From Azolla caroliniana (Eukaryota; Plantae; Polypodiophyta), in contig JBHGNT010000003.1 in NCBI GenBank assembly GCA_043228905.1, forward strand, positions 14,074,001-14,138,000: a DNA stretch of 64,000 nt, written 5' to 3'. This document shows positions 1 to 12,638 of the stretch, in pieces. How positions within the stretch are numbered: the first letter of the stretch is position 1; each line of letters begins with the position of its first letter. The translations under genes and the position numbers were made by a program. Below the pieces are notes generated by a model that had not been told where the DNA came from, ran no database searches, and worked only from the letters and a program-made list of their open reading frames with translations.

Positions 1-651
1 GCGGCAGTATGCGAGGACCTAGCACAAGACTATTGCACGCTAGCGGACCAACATTCCGAAGAACTCATGGAGCTCTTAGATGATTTTGGTGAAAGCCAGG
101 AGGAGCTATTTCACTAGATCACACAAGCCGGCAACACGCGAACAAACGAGGAATCCATCGCGATGCCAATTTCGGGCACTGCTGAAGAAGAGGAACCTCA
201 GGCCAGGTCACTAGAAATTACGACGATGGTGAACAACGCAGAATGACGAGCGGAGTCCCCCACATTACCAGACAGCGAAACCGCTGCCCAAGATGAACCC
301 CACCTACAGGAGCCCACGCTATCAGCTGACCACACGGAGAACATTGCGGACCAAGCGGAACCGCAACCCCACTCCCCGGAGCGTACAACGACGGCCGACA
401 CCACGAAGGAAGTGACGGTTGAGACAGAGTTGCGACCGACCGCAAGCACGACGACGGTTGAAACCAACCCACTAGCCCAAGAAGAGCCCATCGTACCCGG
501 ACCACCCACACAGAATGATCGCGACACCAGGAGAAGCCCTCCCGACCAAACAAGGGAACCACACCACGATGCACCTACGGGCCCTACGTCGCCTCTTGAT
601 GCGGACACCGTAGCAGAGCCAAACATCCGGGCCATATTGGAAGAAGATTAA
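1..651 (+). pseudogene. C-terminal part of the extra (post-integrase) ORF of a gypsy element; acidic, Pro/Thr-rich tail
   Basis: Frame-1 translation (CEDLAQDYCTLADQHSEELMELLDDFGESQEEL ... NIRAILEED*) aligns without gaps to the minus-strand remnant at 22536-22835 (*EELTEDFQALAKLHTAAIESLL*EFNDDQLLL ... GIFDILTED*), which lies downstream of a gypsy integrase. In-frame stops are present. Confidence 0.7.
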
Positions 652-679
652 CGGGATGGGTCCGACATGCCAGGGCATT

Positions 680-696
680 GTCCCACAGGCGTGCTA
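680..696 (+). other. Sense copy of a tRNA-Arg-like 3' end (inverted PBS) 2 nt before an LTR
   Basis: GTCCCACAGGCGTGCTA; its reverse complement TAGCACGCCTGTGGGAC matches the PBS TGGCACGCCTG at 6121 (10/11) and resembles the Arg(UCU)-type PBS TGGCACGCC..GTGGGA. Confidence 0.6.
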
Positions 697-698
697 GG

Positions 699-1143
699 TG
701 TTGTCCGCCGGAATAGTAACCGACGAACAAGAGCGCATGAATAGGAAATAGTATAAGATTGTAACGCATGTAACGGTTCACGCGGGAAGCGTGAACGGCT
801 AAAAGACCCTGCATATATAAAGGGCAGAAAACCTCTGATAGAGGTAGCATGTAATTTTGGAATGTAAAGAAGCGTATCGTAATAGAATTCTATCTTCTCT
901 GATATCTGTGTATAGCTACGGCTAATCTACTGTGTTTGTAATACCTGAGAGTGTAGAAGTAAGCAACGTGAGTGTGTAGCCACTGTTAAGGAGTTCGGTT
1001 GTAGCCGTCTCCCTTATACGTTGCTAGGTTACGGGGAACATTCCCCTACGTATTACGCACAAACGCCACCGTTCGTTGTCTCACAGTCACTTGGAGGTCT
1101 AGGTCGAAGGACTGACCGTAGACCGTGTTCGTAATCGGTAACA
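699..1143 (+). repeat. LTR (family Z), apparent 3' LTR of the element at 1-651
   Basis: TGTTG...TAACA termini, TATATAAAGGG near 813, homologous to 25060-25398 plus 37540-37590. Confidence 0.75.
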
Positions 1144-1180
1144 CATGGGCCAATTTTGGCCTTAAGAAGACGTTAATATA

Positions 1181-1217
1181 TCTTTCTTTCTTTCTTTCTC
1201 TCTCTCTCTCTCTCTCT
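1181..1217 (+). repeat. (CTTT)n(CT)n microsatellite
   Basis: Read directly; abuts the 5' end of the LINE. Confidence 0.9.
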
Positions 1218-1249
1218 TAGCCTACTCTTTGTAACCTTGTTTTCTCATA

Positions 1250-3625
1250 ATATAATCTTAATGATGTAGCTCAAGGTATGGATCTTATATTTTTGGCTGA
1301 AACATGGGAGCATGAGGGAAAACGTATACCTTAGATAGATGGTTACCTCATAAAATTGATATGGACTCACTCTAAAGGGAATATTGGACGTGCGGGGATA
1401 GCATGTACCTACCATTAGAGCTTAGATAATTCATTCAAAGTATGAAAATATGATGACTATAAGAGATACATATGGATAGAGCTTAATTTGGGGAAAGAGA
1501 AGGTGTATATAGTTGCATATTACATTCCTCACAAAGACTCAAACTACTATAGTAGGTTTGGGTTACATTATGACGATCCTTTTACAGAATTATGCCATGA
1601 TATACTTTCATTTGAGAAGCTTGGTAAAGTTTTATTTAAGGGAGACTTCAATGCAAGAGTTGGAAATTTCCAAAATGTAGAGACATTTGAAGAAAATGTA
1701 CTAGAACATTGTCTATTGCGTGACTCAGAGGATTGTGTCATGTCTGATTATGGAAAACTTTTGATGCATGTGTTAAATTGCACAAACTTTATTATCTTAA
1801 ATGGTATAAAGGCATTCCCATCAACAAATGTGCTTACATGTTTACCATCCTCGGGTGGAGGAAGTGTGGTTGATTACGCATTAATGTTGGCATGTGATCT
1901 ATCATTGGTGAATGTGTTTAAAGTTAGTTCTCTATCTCCAGACTCAGACCACAAGCCATTGTACTTAGAGCTTGCAATTCCACATTTCACCAATAGATGC
2001 CATGGAGTGAAAGATGAAAAAAGATGTATCATCCAGCCTTGCTACGAAAAAGGTAAGATGTATGGAAATGAAGTGGAGAACCATTTGTTAACATTTTCTC
2101 TAAGCAACGATGTTAAAGAAAATTGGCAACATTTGAAGGATATCATCCTTAAGGTTGGGTATTAATACTTTAAGAGGCATGTGGGTGGGCATAAGATGTG
2201 TAGTTTTCGATGTAATTGTTGGTTCGACGATGAATGTAAGATGTATCTCAAATGGTTTAAGTCCATTGAGGGGGAAAATGAAAATATTGTTGCATGGCAC
2301 CTATATAAGAAAGTAGTGAGGAGAAAGAAAAGAAGATATTTCCAAATGCAAGGGATGAAAAAGAAAAACTTGTTTAAGCTCAAACCAAAATTAGCATGGG
2401 GACAACTCAAGGGTAAGAAAGAAGCTATGAAAGGCCACTTTACAAATGAAGAGATGTTAGAATATGTACAAAGGTTATATATGCATGAAGGTGTGGCTCC
2501 TATGGTTGAGAAATTTGAAACACCATGCACTACATGTATCGATATTGATGATGTCAATAAGGGAATAAAAAAGATGGCGAGTGCGAAAGCAACAAATGTA
2601 ACCTACGACTCAAGTGAGCTTTTAAAATAGACAATGCCACATACTCGTCATTGGATAATGACAATTATAGAGCAAGCTATAAAACAAGGATTTCCAAATG
2701 ATTGGCTTCTAAATTGGATTAAACCAATATTTAAAGCTGGAGATAAGAATCAAGTATCAAATTATCCTACAATAATGGTGATCTCAACTATTGCTAAACT
2801 ATATAGCACTATTATGGAGCAAAAGATAAGCACATGGGCTGAAAGTACAAGCAAAAGAGCACGTGGGCAAGCAATATTTAGACCAAAACACTCCATTGTG
2901 GATCATTTGGTCACATCGAGAGTAATCATGGAAGAGAGTCAACTACAAGGAAAAACACTTTATTGTTGTTTTGTTGATTTTAAGAAAGCTTTTGATACCG
3001 TACCACGATGTGATCTCTGGAATAGAATAGTAGAGATTGACATGCCATTAGAGTACCGAGTTGTTGTTGCACGACTATATGAACAAGTTAAATGCCAACT
3101 AAAAATGGATAGTGGATTCTCAAAACACTTTTTAAGTAACATGGGGGTTAAGCAAGGATGTCCACTATCACCCACACTCTTTTGCCTTATGTATTGATAA
3201 ATTAGAAGAAGTGGTAAATAAGGTTGCAAGAGAAGAAGGATTTAATGCTCCCAAATTGATGCAACATGTTATCTTATTGCTTCTATATGCGGATGATGTG
3301 GTACTCTTCTCATATGATGTTTATAGTATGCAAAATTTACTTGGGGTATTAGAAGAATTTTGCCATCGTAGTGGACTAGCAGTGAATGTGGAGAAAACAA
3401 AAATGATGGTATTGCAAACCATCCAATCTCATCATCACCCTATGCTCACATATAGATGTGAACATATACAATTTGTTCGAAGCTTTAAATATCTCGGTAT
3501 TGATGTACGTACCCTCATGCTTTGATTCTAGGCTCCAAGCTGGTTGGAAATCGTATTACGTTTTGGAGAACCAATGCAACCAAAGTGATACTTGTGGATG
3601 GGAAGTAAAACTAATGTTGTTCCAA
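1250..3625 (+). mobile_element. Degenerate non-LTR retrotransposon (LINE) ORF2: AP endonuclease + RT, 3' truncated
   Basis: Endonuclease motifs LAETW, GDFNARVG, VVDYAL, SDHKPL; RT motifs FVDFKKAFDTV, GVKQGCPLSPTLF, LLYADD, FKYLG; many stops and frameshifts. Confidence 0.92.
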
Positions 3626-4537
3626 AGGGATTTCATGCTTCATTGTGACAGAAAGAGTGCCATACATCTAGCCAAGAATGTTGCATACCACTCCCAAGCC
3701 AAGCACATACAGAGAAGGTATCACTTGTTACGGGAGAAAGTCGAATAAGGAGAGTTTGCCCTCATGAAGATCTGTACTGACGACAATGGATTCGACATGC
3801 TGACAAAGAACCTACCAATGGACCAACTCAAAGTCCGTCGACAGAGGACACGAATAACGGACTCCTCCCGACAGAGTGAAGGGGGAGTTTGTTAGGAATA
3901 TGTCCCTCTAGTGGGAGGAGCCGACTGCTCGGATAGAGCCGACAGTCGAAGACAAGGAACAACCAACTGGTCGGATGAGAGCTGACGGTTGAGGAGTCGA
4001 CTCAGAGAGAGTTGATCAAGGTCGAAGACACGACCGACTAGTCGGGGCGACCGGTTGGTCGATGACCAAGCCGACTAGTCGGACCGACCCAACAGTCAAC
4101 GGATGAGTCGGTTGATTAGTAAGACCATTATTAATATTAGATAATAATAGGAACGACATTTGTAAATAGCCCATACAAGGTATAAGTATAAATACACTTG
4201 GGACAAATAGTTGGTGATGAGGAACAGAAAGATAGTGATGTAGGAAAATAGGGAAGAGTGTGAACGTGAGGAGTGTGTGAGCGAGCGGCACCATAGTGGT
4301 GTTTAGTAATAGTATACGCTAGGAGCCCTGCGAGGCTGTTTACACTTTGTGTAGAGAGTGTTGTACTCTGATCTCGTCATTGTATATCCACTGTATACTG
4401 AAGCTCCGTTCTCCGTGGTTTTTTTTCTCCCATTTTAGGGTTTCCACATTAAATTTGTGTACACTGTTTTCTGTGTTTCAGAGTTGTGTATTTTAGCATA
4501 TTCCTTTTCTTGTGGATTGACGATTCGTTTCTCAACA
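3626..4537 (+). mobile_element. Ty1/copia 3' fragment: RNase H tail, PPT and 3' LTR (3890-4537)
   Basis: LHCDRKSAIHLAKNVAYHSQAKHIQRRYH; PPT GAGTGAAGGGGGAG (3874-3887); LTR TGTTAGG...CTCAACA. Confidence 0.88.
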
Positions 4538-4950
4538 TGATTAGCCTTCTACTATATGTCGATGATCTAGTCATCGCTGGTGCCGACCTCGGAGAAATCA
4601 ACCGAGTAAACTCTTAGCTTGCGGCATCATTCAAGATGAAGGATCTGGGGGACCTTCATTCCTTCCTCGGGATCGAAGTGATCTGAACCCCCAAAGGCAT
4701 ATTGATCAGACAACACCATTATGTGTTGAATATGATCTTGAAGTTCGGGATGGCGGATTGGAAGTCCATCTCAATCCCTCTCGATAGAAACGTGAAGCTT
4801 CGCCGAGATTCGGGAGAGGCGTGCGACCCGACATGGTTCCGACAAATTGTCAGGAGCCTTATTTATTTGACAATCAATCAGCTGGACCTCAATTACCCGA
4901 TCAACTTGATCAATCAATTCATGTCGTAGCCAAAGACCGAGCACCTTCAG
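4538..4950 (+). pseudogene. Ty1/copia RT fragment
   Basis: LLLYVDDLVIAG ... MKDLG ... SLIYLT; highly similar to 35620-36010. Confidence 0.88.
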
Positions 4951-6131
4951 TGTTACCTGTAGGAGTATACGAGGAGGCATAAGGGGTGGACCATGTTAAA
5001 GTGGTTGTTTAATAGGTGTAATGTGTATGAGTGTTGGAGGATGAGTATGTGTATGAACACATGCACAATTATGTGCATGTGTACAAGAATGTGTAACGGT
5101 CAAGTAACCGTTACATTTGATGTATTATATAAACCCCCTATGGGGTATGTAATGGATAGCTTTGCCCCCTCTCATTTTGGTGTGTTTCTTTATTCTTTTT
5201 TCACTCTCTCTCCCTCACACAGAATGGCTTCACCCCCCCACCCATTGTTAGGAATCGACCGGCCATAACCGGTTTCACGTTCGTATTCGTGTGTAGAAAC
5301 CAAGAACTAGTACACAGACAAGAAAAACGTGAAGAGACAGAGACACCGATGTTTTACATGGAAAACCCGAAATGGGGAAAAACGATGGGGCTCCACAAAA
5401 CCCAAGAAAAAATATCACTATAGTAGAGAGGAAGTACAAATACGGAACTCAGAGGCAATGACCTCGAGTTCTCCTTCGTCTGAAAGACGGCTACAAAGTT
5501 ACACTCTTACTCGCTCACTCATGGTTACAGAGGGAACTACCTCGTTCTAACTTTACAATAATGATCACTAACACTATACTATAAGGTTTGCCCTAGTTTC
5601 TTATAAACCAAAGCAACTTTCTGGCTATTTACAAGTATAGCTGAGGAAGCATTTTTGACCATTTACAATTATAGTCTTCCGAAATGATTTCGCGTTTTGA
5701 TTTTGATTTTGATTTTGATTTTTGATTTTGGTTTCGGCCTCGACCAAGATACTCACCAACACAGTCTTTCTCTTCCCATCCGGAGGGACATGTTTCCCAA
5801 TAAACTCCCCCTTCACTCCGGCTGGGGTCCTTCACCAAACCAACTCTCTGTCGGCACACATTTAGCTTTTTGGCTGACACCACCTTCGTCCGCATATCGG
5901 ATCTATTTTTGGCCATGTGGATCTTCACTAGAGCAAACTCCTTTTCTTCTACTCGCTCTCAGAGCCAATGATATCTTCTCTGGATGTGTTTGGACCTCGA
6001 GTGGCAGGCAACATTTTTCGCAAGGTGGACGACACTCTGGTTATCACAATGGAGATACTCACCAACTGTGTCCTTCTCTTCCCATCCAAAGGGACATGTT
6101 TCCCAAACACCCAGCAACACTGGCACGCCTG
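4951..6131 (+). repeat. Short LTR (about 300 bp net, split by the 5246-6109 insertion) followed by a tRNA-Arg-type PBS at 6121
   Basis: TGTTA...GCAACA termini, TATATAAA near 5126, then C + TGGCACGCCTG. Confidence 0.6.
5246..6109 (-). mobile_element. Internally deleted Ty1/copia: about 55 bp of 5' LTR, RNase H tail, PPT, 3' LTR (5246-5802)
   Basis: Minus-strand HCDNQSVVHLAKNVACHSRSKHIQRRYH; PPT GGAGTGAAGGGGGAG; LTR start repeated at about 5750-5802 and 6053-6109; TSD CCCAT/CCCAG; (TTTTGA)n tract near 5695-5728. Confidence 0.82.
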
Positions 6132-7246
6132 AATGGCCGACCCTCCCTTGAGAAGAGGTCATTCTCTCGCTCCCTCACTCTCCCTGACCATCACTAATCC
6201 CTCCTTCTCTCCCTCGCTTTGTGTGTCTATCTGTGTCAGCAAGTGTCGTTTGTGCTTGGACTTTGTGTGTGATGAACCAACTTGCTATGGAGATCTTAAC
6301 ACAACCTTCCTCTTCTTCTTCCTCAATATTTCTTCTATTGCCATAGCCATAGTAGTCCTTACCATCTACGATTATCTAGAGAACCCGATCTGATCCTTTC
6401 TTGACTCGGTGTTTCCGTTTGTTCATCTTGGTGGGTTTCTACCTCAGGAAGACGGAGGCAAAAACCCGAATTTCTCTTTCTCACGATCTCTACAGTATGC
6501 AACCTGACCCTGCCCTAGAGAAGGCAGGCATTGAGAGGGACAAATGATGGGGCCCTAAAACCCTATCCCCTTTCTTGTAGGCTCTTCTATAGAGAAGGCA
6601 TTGGCCTGAACACGCATTGCCTAGACGGACCTACTCAAACCTTGCGGAGGCAACTAAGCTAAACCTTCGCTTCCACCATGGATGGAGACAACTTCCCTTC
6701 TCCACTACATCTGTCTACTCTTGCACACAAGACGTTCTGCTCATTCTGTCTTTGATGAAGCTAAGGTTGATCCTAATATCTTTGCCACAGATGCTAGCAA
6801 TGAAGAGGAAGACGAAGGTGGTGTAGCGATGTGAAAGATAGAGAGACAGAGTTCACCTTTCACCTTTCAACTCTCATATCTCCCTCATCTGGAGTCAGAA
6901 TCGGACGAGGAATGAGTCATTTTGGGTGTTTTGGAGCCTTCCAGATGGATTGAGCATGTTAGATTCACTCAAATATGAGTGGAGTGCAGAATTCAAGACC
7001 TGGCTATTTCGACCTATGCTATGAGACCACCAGGTTTGCTCCTCTCATTACCTTTGTTAGACCTCTCTACATTTCAACATACAAAGTAGCAGGTCTACCA
7101 GATTATTGTTGTCAAGGATGGCTCAATCATCTTCTGTATGGAATAAGAAGAGGAAAGAAATTATAGAAGATCCCGTAGATACAAAATGGCTTTAGGATAG
7201 TCTAGTAGAGGACTTTGTAGAGGCTAGAAAGACATGGGATGGGCCT

Positions 7247-8323
7247 TTGCCAAGCAAGACATTTACTATCCCATCACAAGACTTGTTGAATCCTTTAAAA
7301 TTGTACATGTCAAACGCTATTATTCTTTTCTTTCCTAGGAAGATGCCCTCTGCAAATGATGTGGGTCAGTGGGTAAATGCAATGTTTAAAGTCTATGCAG
7401 TTAGTGGAGTTTATTTTGCTGCTAGAGGGTTTTACGAAGTATTGCAATCCGAAGCAAAGTACAAAACTCAATTACTTGAGGAATCTACTTTAACATACAG
7501 AGATCAAATGGTTCATGCATTGTTGTAGTCTTTGACAAAAAACTATCAAGGGCTAATTCGTCACAAATGTCTTGTTTGGGTTGAAGTGCTTGATTTTCCA
7601 CGAAATTGGAATCACTTGTTACCTATAATTGCAGCGGGAATGGGGAGAGTAGCATGCCCCCCAAAAACTACAAGTACTTCTAATAGATTTTGCATTCTTT
7701 GGGACACAAATGTTCCGATCTTGGAAGGTATCACCCTCAACTCGGATGATCCAATTATCGGTGCAAGAACTTTCAGGCTGAAATGGGGCAAATTTGCAAG
7801 TGCATGTTACACATGTAACAAGTTTGTTCATATGCAATCAGAATGCCCAACCCTGACCATTCAGCCACCTGAAACTGCAATGTTGAAACCTGCATCATTG
7901 AAAGAAAATAGCCAGGTTTCTTCTTCAAAGGCAACAAACCAATCTATGATGCAACCAATTTAGAAACCGAGAGTACAAGATAAAGGGAAAAGTAATGTCC
8001 CGCAAACAATTGGTAATGTGCAATCAAACATGCACGATTTGAAACAAGCCTTTGATGTGGATAAAGACAACACTTAAGGTTGGCAAATATCTAGGAAATC
8101 CTTTAGAAGCAAGACACATGTGGTGGTGAGAAACTACACTCACGCACTTGAGAATGAAGGTTCATCTTTACAGATTAATGCTTCAATGATCTATTCAATC
8201 TCAAAAGCTTGGAAACGAGTGACTAGAGGCTCATGTTCGGACATTTACAAAGATGGATCAAATGCAGATATTAGTCTTCATGAAAATAAGCATGGCGGTG
8301 ATACTAATATGCAGTCAGATTAG
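7247..8323 (+). pseudogene. L1 ORF1 remnant (RRM/DUF4283-like + zinc knuckle)
   Basis: GVYFAARGFYEV, LVWVEVLDFP, CYTCNKFVHMQSEC; interrupted by stops. Confidence 0.7.
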
Positions 8324-8360
8324 TATTATTCTTTGTTTTATATCTTCAACCATATTAATC

Positions 8361-11300
8361 ATGCATAAACAAGTCAAATGTGTCTCCTTCAATATACGAG
8401 GTCTTTGTAACCTTGGTAAATGGAAATTATTTTGGAACTATATTACCTCTTCTCAAGCAGATGTAATTTGTGTTCAAGAACATAAACAAGTTGAATTCAA
8501 TGGTCAAGCTGGTACATTTTGAGGTTTTGACATCTTCTATGCAGGTTAAGGCACAACATCTGGAGTGCTTATGATAATAAAACATGAGCTAAATCCTATG
8601 GTTGCCTATAATTATCAACGTGGGAGGTGGATGGTTGTGCAATGCATGATAAATGGCGATGTGCAATGCATGATAAATGGCGAAACATATGATTTTGGTG
8701 GAATATATGCCCTGAATGCCTCAAGGGATAGAGCTTTACTTTGGCAAGACATTTGTGCTTATCCGTGGCCACAAATTGCATTTATATGTGGAGATTTCAA
8801 CAACTCTCCAAATGTAGGTGATAACACTAGTGGGCACTCACATATGTTGAGAGAGGAACAAGGTCAGTAGTATAGTATGCAAAGCTCATTGGATTGGGTT
8901 GATTTATGGCAAATGACACACCCACATGTTCTTGGTTTTACCTTTCATCACACCACCCACTCCACATACTATGCAAGGCTTGATAGATGATATTTGTTGC
9001 ATGCTAGTCAGCATGAAAATTTCACATGTACAATGCATATAGATCATGCTTTGCAGTTGTCAGATCATGCTCATGTCTGGCTAGACTTTGATTTTGGGAA
9101 TCATTCCGATGAAGTGCATCTCCAAAGGAAGAGACTTATGCTCATTAACAACAACTACCTCAAACATGAACTCTTCAAGCGGATGGTCCATGACATAATA
9201 CCTCCTCTTTATGTAGAAGTCAACATAGATGTTGATATAGCATGGGTACATTTTGTGCATAGATTACAAACAATAATACAAGAGTATGATGAGTCTCAAG
9301 ACAGAGAGATGACACTCAACAAGCCAAATTTACTTGTCAAGCCCTAACAAAGTTAGCACATAGAAGATCTTTGACTTTACATGAAGAGGATGCATTGTGT
9401 ATGGCCAAACACACATTCATACTACATGAGAAAAATAAATTGGAAAAATGGCAAGTTAGCTCAAGAAAATTTCCATTGAAAGACAAAGGATTCTCTTCTA
9501 AATCCTTCTTCAAAAGGTTGTATCTAATACGCCAAAGGGAATCCATTAAATTCATCAAAACTGGGTATGGTTTGTGGACTACAAACTGACTTGAACTAGC
9601 CAAGGAATGTGTAACTCACTTCTCTCACATCTTTGAGAACAATGTCGTTGTTATAGATACAGTTAAACAAGCTAGAGATACATTCTTGTCACTAGTTCAA
9701 CCCACTATTTGTGTTGATAAAGCTATTGCTTTGGATGCAACATTCACAATGGAGGAGCTTTGGGAGGCTCGAAAGGGCCTCGGGAAAGGCAAAGCGCTTG
9801 GTTGGGATGGTATTACGTTAGAGTTCATTGAAAAAATTTGGGATGACCTTAAGGATTTAATCCTATCTATGGCAAATAATGCTTGGCAACAATGGGGTAT
9901 GCCAATCTCATGGAAAGATAGTTTGGTCAAATAAATACCCAAAAAGAAACTATGGGAATCTTTTTCGGATTGGCGACCAATCACTCTCATGCTAGTGATC
10001 TATAAACTTATTGCAAAGATAATTGCTAATTGTAATAAGGACACTTTTTGGGGATGCATACATGTAAACCAGTACGGGTTCATTCCCCGAAGGCAAATTA
10101 CAGATAATATTGCTAATGCTTATATTGCAATGAGGTATGCCAAATACACCAAACACGATGTATTGCTCATGCAAATTGACATTGAAAAGGCCTTTGACAC
10201 CATCCAATGGGATTTTGTGGCAACCACAATGGTCAAACTAGGATTTGGTCTGAAAATGTCTCAAGTAATCTATTGGCTTTATGGATCTAGCACGTCTTCA
10301 TGCGTGATTGAGGGTGAATTGACAGATGCATGGAGCTTAACCAATTCAGTACAACAAGGTTGTCCTGTGAGTGCATTGTTGTATGCAATTGCAACTCATC
10401 CACTACTATTGTACATGGATCATCTAGTATCAATTGGTCAACTTCATGGTTTGAAAATGAAAGATGGACATGATTTCATGGCTCACGCATATGAAGATGA
10501 TACAACATTCCTGTCACAAAACAATCCAAATGATATGAGGGTGATTATGGATGCCCGCAAAATTGTATGGATTAGTTGCTGGATTGCATGTTAACTTCAA
10601 CAATTCCAATCTTCTACCCTTCACACCATATAGTTGGCCTCAACTTCTGTGGCCAGGTCAAGTTGTTAGCCCAAATGAAATGGTTAGACATCTTGGCTAT
10701 CCATTGGGATGGAATGCAACAGGGAAAAGAAAGGCTGAATGGGTTTTGCAAAAAGTGAGACAAAAGCTAAGCTATTGGAAGATTGCAACAGGACCACTCC
10801 ATGTCAGATTGAGGATAGTGCAATCTATATTCATGGCTTATATGCAATATTACTTAATTATGATTGATTGGCCAAAATACATGATATAAAAGATTAACTC
10901 AGAAATCATAAGCAACTTTTGGTGCTCTAAGCAGTTGCATAGAGGTATACGACTTCTATCACTAGAGAAGATATGCACTCCATGATTTAGTGGAGGGCTA
11001 AATTTTCTTAATTTCCATTTGCATATGTTGGCTAGAAAAGCTACTTTATTGCCAAAATTTGTTGGGAAAACGTTGCCTTGGGCAAGAATGCTATCTGATA
11101 TGTTTGATCATTTGAAAACTAAGTCATTTGGCTCATGGGAAACTAACCATTGGGATGTAGTGTTTGGAAAGCTTGACGGGCACATCAAAGGTTGTCCGTT
11201 TAGTTCAAAGCTTCTAAAGCACTTGAAGGACACATTGCACCACATGAAATGGAGAGGTAGGAATTCAGAATCAGGGAACTCTTTACGCCTCGAAACCTTA

Positions 11301-12204
11301 TACTGGAGTGCTATATTCCCATAGTCATTAGCGGAACAAGGGCCTAGGAAAGCTTATTTTTTAGCAAAGAAGGGGCTGAAATCAATTGGAGATGTGGTAA
11401 ATGAACAAGGTCACCTTTTTCACTTCAATGACATGACATGTCGTTATAATCTTGGGCCACATCATCGCATTATCTGGAATCAAGTCACTGAGTTGGTGCT
11501 TTCCTTAGTACCTGTGCCACCTCTCAATGGAGATCGCAGGATTTAGGATTGGATGTTACAAAAAAGGAACATTGTTATTCCAATGCATAACATTACAACA
11601 CATTCAGTGTATATGTTGTTGCAACTTGTGCCATGGTTTCACGAACATGTAAATGCATTATGGAACCTACACAAAATGCGCTCCTGGTGGAATAATAGTC
11701 TTGCAAGCTTATGGAGCTCTGGTCTTCCACTTAAGCAACGAGTATTCCTATGGAGATGCTTATTGGATGTGCTCCCGATTGGGTCGAATCTTCGAAAGAG
11801 ATCGATAGCCTTGCCGCATTGTGCAAGATGTGGTGGACGATTGGAAATAGTCCCACACTTATTATGGACTTGCTCATTCACTACAACAATTGTACTGAGA
11901 CTAAGTGCATCTCTTTATCACAGATTTCTTGGCCGAAGGTTTGGTAAACACTTTTGGATATTAGGACAAATTCCATGAGCCCTATTCGACAATGCCTATT
12001 TTCTCCAATGGACACGAATTTGGACACTTTGGACCATTTGGACAACCCACAATAATAAGGTCTTTGATTGAAACCAACTGCATGAAGTTACCTTCTTTAA
12101 GAAATCTCTTAGGCAATCTTTATTTGATTGTCTGCAACTTAGAGACATCACACTCCAAATTTACAACCTTTACTTTGAGTGCTTTTAAGCTCTTTAGTGT
12201 CTAA
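8361..12204 (+). pseudogene. L1 ORF2 remnant (endonuclease, RT, zf-RVT)
   Basis: SFNIRGL, VICVQE, CGDFN, SDHA; IDIEKAFD, VQQGCPVS, AYEDD, RHLGYP; CARCGGRLEIVPHLLWTC. A 24-bp tandem duplication lies near 8637-8682. Confidence 0.9.
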
Positions 12205-12638
12205 TCGACACTTGTATATTTTTCTTTTTTCTTTGTGGGTTTTCACCTCACTTTGAGGTTTCTCACTAGTAATAAAAGTGTAACTAAATAAAAAGATGAC
12301 CTCTACCATGACAACTTCATGGAACAAGATTATCAGGTGTTGGGGAGTCAAGAATGGTATGAATCACAATCTTTGTCTCAAACCCAAACCCATCACTTCA
12401 TTGCACGCCTCGCCTTTCTACATGTTTCACTCAGAGATGATGCAGTAGGAGCTAGCTCTTTAGTGCTATGAAAAAGCTTCCCACCTTAGACCTATGTATG
12501 CTTAAGCATTTTGCAATAAGGGGTTGATTTATACTACCAGTTTAGGCCACATGGATTGGGTATCCAAATACTATCGGCCTTCCAACAATACACTATTGGT
12601 TCATTGATGCTTTGGTGGATCCTCCATCAACAAAGACA

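Larger units (their letters stand above)
6150..12293 (+). mobile_element. Near full-length degenerate L1-type LINE (5' boundary approximate)
   Basis: ORF1 remnants with zinc knuckle CYTCNKFVHMQSEC; ORF2 from 8361 with endonuclease, RT and C-terminal Cys/His motif; AATAAA and A-rich tail at 12271-12293. Confidence 0.9.

Noticed and set aside
12294-12638. Possible host exon or unique sequence
   Set aside because: No ORF, splice pattern or homology recognisable by eye; left unassigned.
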